This document shows positions 21,365-26,837 of a stretch of 26,837 nt of DNA, piece by piece. A program made the position numbers and the translations under genes. The notes under the pieces were generated by a model. The model had not been told where the DNA came from. It worked only from the letters and a program-made list of their open reading frames with translations, and did no database searches. Where the stretch lies: NCBI GenBank assembly GCA_004764695.1, contig SMSO01000026.1, forward strand, positions 30,416 through 57,252, in the 5' to 3' direction. This DNA comes from Schizochytrium sp. TIO01 (Eukaryota; Protista; Bigyra: Labyrinthulomycetes). Position 1 is the first letter of the stretch. Every line of letters begins with the position of its first letter.

Positions 21365-21744
21365 ATGAAGTTGTTGTCGTACCAGTAGTTCAGGTTAGTA
21401 CGAGAGGAACCTTTGGACCGCATCATTGGTAACGCGGTTGTCTGAAAAGTCAATGCCGCAAAGCTATCATGCGTTCGTTCAGGGCTGAACGCCTCTAAGT
21501 CCGAAACGATGCTGAAGGCGATGATATTACATGCTTGATTAGTTACTACGAGTATCTATACAGTAATTTTTGTAAACCGATTGAAACCAGTGCTGTCAAA
21601 ATCAGCGCTTTCTCTCATCACAATTTCAACGAATCAAGCAAGAGATCCTTTGTAGACGACTTAGCTTGGACGGGGTACTGTAAGCATGAGAGTAGGCCTT
21701 GCCCTACGATCTGCTGAGGTTTGGCCTTCGTTCCGTTGATCTGT
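18384..21744 (+). rRNA. 28S (LSU) rRNA
   Basis: GCTGAATTTAAGCATAT start motif, GACCCGAAAGATGGTGAACTATGC, TTAAGGTAGCCAAATGCC, sarcin-ricin loop AGTACGAGAGGAAC (~21397), and terminal GATCTGCTGAG...GATCTGT; ends approximate. Confidence 0.98.
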
Positions 21745-21745
21745 T

Positions 21746-21800
21746 CTTTGTACTATTTAGTAGTATAAAGTTTTTTCTTTTCTCTTTTTATTTTTTATTG
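21746..21800 (+). terminator. 3' ETS hairpin plus T-rich tract (candidate pre-rRNA processing or Pol I release signal)
   Basis: CTTTGTACTA-tttag-TAGTATAAAG stem-loop directly after 28S, followed by a ~30-nt T-rich run. Confidence 0.45.
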
Positions 21801-22569
21801 TTTGTGACTCCCGGGGAGAAAGTGTGATTGTTTGAGGATGAAGTTCTTCTTGGATATTATACAAGGGCAGGGAACATGGTTTGTTAGTGGGTTGGTAGAG
21901 GAAACAGTAGGCTAGTTTTAAATGAGAACTAGGTTGATAGGGTGTTGCATAGAGTTTGTTATGGAAAGGCGGGGCATATGAATGGAGAGTAAGTAGATGG
22001 TTGGGAAGGTGATTAAGGAGGGATAGAGTTTAGATAAACAAACGCAATAGTGATGAAGTAGAAAGGGAGTTTCATTAGTTCTTGCTGTACTTTATACGGG
22101 GTAAGTAAGGAACTGGTGGAGCTCCCTTTTTTATTTGTCAGAGGATTTGCTTTTTGGATTATCTTCTTTGAGCGACTCCCGGCAAGAGCCAGACGAAGTT
22201 TGAATAAGTCATCTTGGTTAGCTTGCTGGAGCAAGTAAAAATTAGGCAAGTAATAGTGCAGAAGTACGACAAACAAAAAGTTATTAAAGCCTTATTCCTT
22301 TAGACATTATTTTAAAACTTGTGCTAATGTTTCACATGGGGCAAACTATAAGCCGAGAAAGTTTGAGGGAAACTTTCAAGGGGGAACACTGAGTAAGAAG
22401 AAGTTAGAAGAAAGTATAGGAAGGTGGAGAAAAAAAAAGAAAGAGAAAATTATTTGTTAAAGAAAAAAAATGAGGTTACAAGGAAAATTGCAGAACTTGG
22501 TGGAGGAAAAAAATAATTCTTTTTTTAAATATTTTTTTAAAAAATATTATTAGAGGATCATATAGACAT

Positions 22570-23580
22570 AATATATTATTACTTTGAACAAAGGGGTATA
22601 TTTTATCAACATCAAGAAAAGTGAGATCCACGAAAGTGGTACCATTGGGCAGGAAATTCAATTTGGCATTGAAGAGGTGTGCCTGAATTGAAAAATACTC
22701 TCGGCAACATCGAGTTTGACCCCTACGTAGTCGCCATATTTTAATTTTCTTTAAAATCGAACCGAAAGTTTTTAATTTTAAAAAGAAAGTAAGAAAACAT
22801 ACTATTGAGGGGGTCTTTTCTCGACAAGGAGTTGATCGATCTTTTTCGTTTTTAAACTACGAGCTAGGGTTCGGAAAGTATGAACCTTCTTACATCACAA
22901 AAGTGAAAAAAACATTTTATTAATGGCTCAGAAGACCCCTACAGTATAGTTAAGACGTTTCTTTTAACTCGGTCTGTCTTTCTCAATATATTATTACTTT
23001 GAACAAAGGGGTATTTTTGTCAACACCAAGCAAAGAGAGGTCCATAAAAGTAGTATCATTAGACTGGAAATGCAATTTGGCATAGGATAGGCGTGTCAGA
23101 ATTGAAAAATACTCTCGGCAACATCGAGTTTGACCCCTACGTAGTTGCCATCTTTTAATTTTCTTTTAAATCGAACTGAAGGTTTTTAATTTGAAAAAGA
23201 AAGTAAGAAAACATACTATTGAGGGGGTCTTTTCTCGATGAGGAGTTGATTGATGTTTTTCGTTTTCGGACTACGAGCTAGGGTTCGGAAAGTATGAACA
23301 TTGTGACAGCCCAAAAGTTAAAAACTATTTTATTCATGGCTCAGAAGACCCCTACAGTATAGTTAAGACGTTTCTTTCAACTCGCTCTATCTTTCTCAAT
23401 ATACTATTACTTTGCATAAAGGGGTATTTTGTCAACACCAAGAGAAGTGAGATCCATAAAAATGATATCATTAGATCGGAAATTTAATTTTCCATAGAAT
23501 TGGTGTGCCTTAATTGAAAAATACTCTCGGCAACATCGAGTTTGACCCCTACGTAGTTGCCATCTTTTAATTTTCTTTTT
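22570..23580. repeat. Long tandem repeat family A (~414 bp, ~2.4 copies), LORE-TEARS-like rDNA spacer repeat
   Basis: Unit start AATATA(T/C)TATTACTTTG at 22570, 22985 and 23398; shared AAAAATACTCTCGGCAACATCGAGTTTGACCCCTACGTAG. Confidence 0.92.
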
Positions 23581-23600
23581 AGTTTAACTCAGAATAAATA

Positions 23601-25172
23601 AAGAAAGACATATTTTCTCGACAACTACTTGAGAGATATACGTTATTCTTGCACCATTCGATCAGAAAATTTATGGAGAGCTGTACTATTGAAGTTCTCA
23701 AGAGGAAATCATTCTAAAATTATGAGAAAATACCCTTCCAGGAATTTGGCAGCAGCCTCCCACTTCTTCAAAACCCCATTATCTCCACAACTACTTTATT
23801 GATCATTTAAATATTTGGATCAGTAGAAAGCGCAAGCAATACCGAATACGGATGATGGCATGAGTGAGAAAAAACAAATCTTTGAAAGTATTTTTCGAAC
23901 TTTTAAAAGAAAATGTTACTCTTCCATAATATTAATAAGAGAAAAGAACTAAACTTAGTACTGCTATAACTTTCTTGATAAAATTGTTAGGTCTTTTCGA
24001 TAAGCACCGTCGGGAAGTGCGTCGTTGTTACCACAGGATAGTTATAAAATCGTTGCGAAGAAATATCTTTTCAAGCTTGCGGAAAGAAGCTCCAAGTGAT
24101 CACTTTATCAGACAACTGATGGATTATCGAAAGAAAGAAAGACATATTTTCTCGACAACTACTTGAAAGACACATGTTATTTTTGCACCATTAGATCAGC
24201 AAATTTATGGAGAGCTATACTATTGAAGTTCTCAAGGGGAAATCGTTCTAAAATTATGAGAAATTACCCTTCCAGGTATTTGGCAGCAGCCTCCCACTTC
24301 TTCAAAACCCCATTATCTCCACAAGTACTTTATTGATCATTTAAAGATTTGGATCAGTAGAAAGCGCAAGCAATACCGAATACGGATGATGGCATGAGTG
24401 AGAAAAAACAAATCTTTGAAAGTTTTTTTCAAACTTTTAAAAGAAAATGTTACTCTTCTATATTATTAATAAGAGGAAAGAGCTAAACTTAGTACTGTTG
24501 TAACTTTCTGGATAAAATAGCTAGATCTTTTTGACAAGCACTGACGGGACCTGCGTTGGTTTTACCACAGGATAGTCATAATCGTTGCGAAAAAATATCT
24601 TTTCAAGCTTGCGGAAAGAAGCTCCAAGTGATCACTTTATCAGGCAACTGATGGATTATCGAAAGAAAGAAAGACATATTTTCTCGTCAACTACTTGAAA
24701 GACACATGTTATTTTTGCACCATTAGATCAGCAAATTTATGGAGAGCTATACTATTGAAGTTCTCAAGAGGAAATCATTCTAACATTATGAGAAAATACC
24801 CTTCCAGGTATTTGGCAGCAGCCTCCCACTTCTTCAAAACCCCATTATCTCCACAACTACTTTATTGATCATTTAAAGATTTGGATCAGTAGAAAGCACA
24901 AGCAATACCGAATACGGATGATGGCATGAGTGAGAAAAAACAAATCTTTGAAAGTATTTTTCGAACTTTTAAAAGAAAATGTTACTCTTCTATATTATTA
25001 ATAAGAGGAAAGAACTAAACTTAGTACTGTTATAAATTTCTTGATAAAATTGTAGGGTCATTTCGACAAGCACCGTCGGGAAGTGCGTCGTTGTTACCAC
25101 AGGATAGTCATAATCGCTGCGAAGAAATATGTTTTCGAGCTTGCGAAAAGAAGCTCCAAGTTATTACTTTAT
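23601..25172. repeat. Long tandem repeat family B (~533 bp, 3 copies), LORE-TEARS-like
   Basis: AAGAAAGACATATTTTCTCG at 23601, 24135 and 24667; highly similar copies. Confidence 0.93.
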
Positions 25173-26837
25173 TTAAACAAGCAGTTGATGGATCCTCACA
25201 AGGGACAATATGTCAATAACCACTAAAGATATTAATATTTGACAAGTATCACCAGAAAGCTGCTTCAATTTGCAACAGGGTAAATGTGTTTTTTCAGAAA
25301 AGCAATACTTTAACATGTGTTTTTACTGACCTTTGAAAGTTATTTCTTGATCTCTCATATTATTAATAGGGGGAGGGAAACGAGTTTAGTAGTGTTGTAA
25401 CTCTATGCATATAATAGATAGAACTTTGCTAGAAGCATTTCCTGATAGCTGAATAATAGTTAAAGTGGGTAGATTTGATTTATGAGAGAAACTTTTCTTT
25501 CAAGCCTGAGAAAAGAAGCTCTAAGTTGGCACTCTATTTGTGAGCAGAAAAATGATTAGTATAAGGTTCATTTTCTCAACAACGGGAGAAGATATTACTC
25601 ATCAGGTGGTACCGTTGGAAAGCTGTTAAAATTTACAACAGGCTAGATGTGTTTGCTCAGGCGAAATATTTTTAAAGTTATTTTTACTGACCTTTGAAAG
25701 TTATTTCTTAGTCGCCCATATCATTAATAGGGAGAAAGAACTGAGTTTAGTACTGCTCTAACTCAATGAATAGAATAGAAAGGGCTTTGCTATAGGCACC
25801 TCTTGATAGAACATGAATTCGCTGAGATGCCGAATTTGATTTGTGAGAAAAAAGACCCTGTCAAGCTTGAGAAAGACAGCTCCAAGTTATCATTCTGTTT
25901 GTGAGCAGGACAGAGAATTAAATGGTTAGTAATAAGATTCATTTTCTCAACAACGGGATAATATATAATTATGAAGAGTACCATTGGAAAGCTGGTTGAA
26001 TTTCCAACAGATTGAATGTGTTTTCTCAGAAAAAATACTTTTAACATGCATTTTTACTGACCTTTAAAAGTTATTTTTTTGTCTCTCATATTATTAATAG
26101 GGGAAGGAACTGGGTTAGTAGTGTTGTATCTCTATAAATATGTTGTCTAGACGAATTGTTGGTCCCGAGTCGGGATAACAAGGAGTCTCCTGCCTTTCTA
26201 ATCTATACCTTTTTACAGAGGTAGGTTTAGGGTTAAAGGTTAAGCATTGGACAACAAAGAATATCTTAACTTTCTTATTATACCTTTTGCAGTTAGTAGG
26301 GTTAGGTAATGCTCGCGAATTTATATACATGAACACGGAGTATTAACCCATAATACCACTGTAAATGTATTCAAGGAAAGTTGGAGAATCGTTATCAAGA
26401 AAACAAATACTCACTAATAAGGGACACATGGACTAAACACTAGTAGTGCGGGTTTTTCCGCTCGGGTGGCCCCCACTAATAAAGGACATGTAACAGAGAC
26501 TGGAGTAGAAATATAACTTCTTCACTGCCGGGCAGTATGTCAGCAGACCTCAAACTAGTACAACCTCAACCTAAAAAGTAAACAACCTTTCGAGTCTCGT
26601 CACTCTACAGCATTCAACAAAAAAATACAATCGACAGAGCTTTCTGACAAACATCATTCGATAGTTTATGAAGTGTTAAGCGGATGATTGCATTTGGTTT
26701 ATGAGAAAATATGTTGCTTGCCCCAAGCTGGCGAGAAAAAATAAGCCCCCTAAGTTGTCACTCGTATTGGCGTGAGCAGGATAGAGAATTGAACGGCTAG
26801 TATAAAATTAATTTTCTCAACGAACGGGGAAAAATAT
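25173..26837. repeat. Long tandem repeat family C (~365 bp, diverged copies, interrupted at 26141-26619)
   Basis: TTTTTACTGACCTTT(G/A)AAAGTTATTT at about 25320, 25681 and 26051; the pattern resumes in degraded form from about 26625. Confidence 0.85.
26141..26619. mobile_element. Probable solo LTR (~479 bp, copia-like termini)
   Basis: An unrelated insert that splits a family C unit. It starts TGTTG and ends CAACA, has left flank AAATA and right flank AAAAAATA, and contains TATA-like (~26321) and AATAAA (26478) motifs. Confidence 0.55.

Noticed and set aside
16218-21717. Numerous short ORFs on both strands within rDNA
   Set aside because: They overlap conserved 18S/5.8S/28S sequence and are spurious.
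26221-26306. True telomere array
   Set aside because: There are only a few degenerate TTAGG/TTAGGG-like units, lying within an insert. No tandem telomeric tract is in the window, so telomere position and orientation cannot be assigned.

Overview
Eukaryotic DNA from a thraustochytrid (Labyrinthulomycetes, Stramenopiles): I recognise the 18S sequence as Aurantiochytrium/Schizochytrium-type, from memory and without a database search. From left to right the window holds: a decayed Crinkler/RHS-type P-loop NTPase gene (-); a large frameshifted DDE transposase with a DUF6729-like Zn finger (-); a 5S rRNA gene (-); an intact 11-exon leucine-rich-repeat gene (+, 383 aa) that the ORF track misses; a complete 18S-5.8S-28S rDNA unit (+); and three families of long tandem repeats (about 414, 533 and 365 bp, resembling the published Aurantiochytrium subtelomeric LORE-TEARS), one interrupted by a probable solo LTR. 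The LRR gene is the most striking element. It has nine tandem ~390-bp cassettes, each made of one 84-nt exon (one 28-aa RI/NLRC3-type LRR) and a near-identical intron. Variation is concentrated in a 6-nt window encoding predicted ligand-facing residues, with 8 different hexamers in 9 copies. It sits between the 5S and 18S genes. This looks like a diversifying, exon-shuffling candidate recognition receptor; that function is inference.
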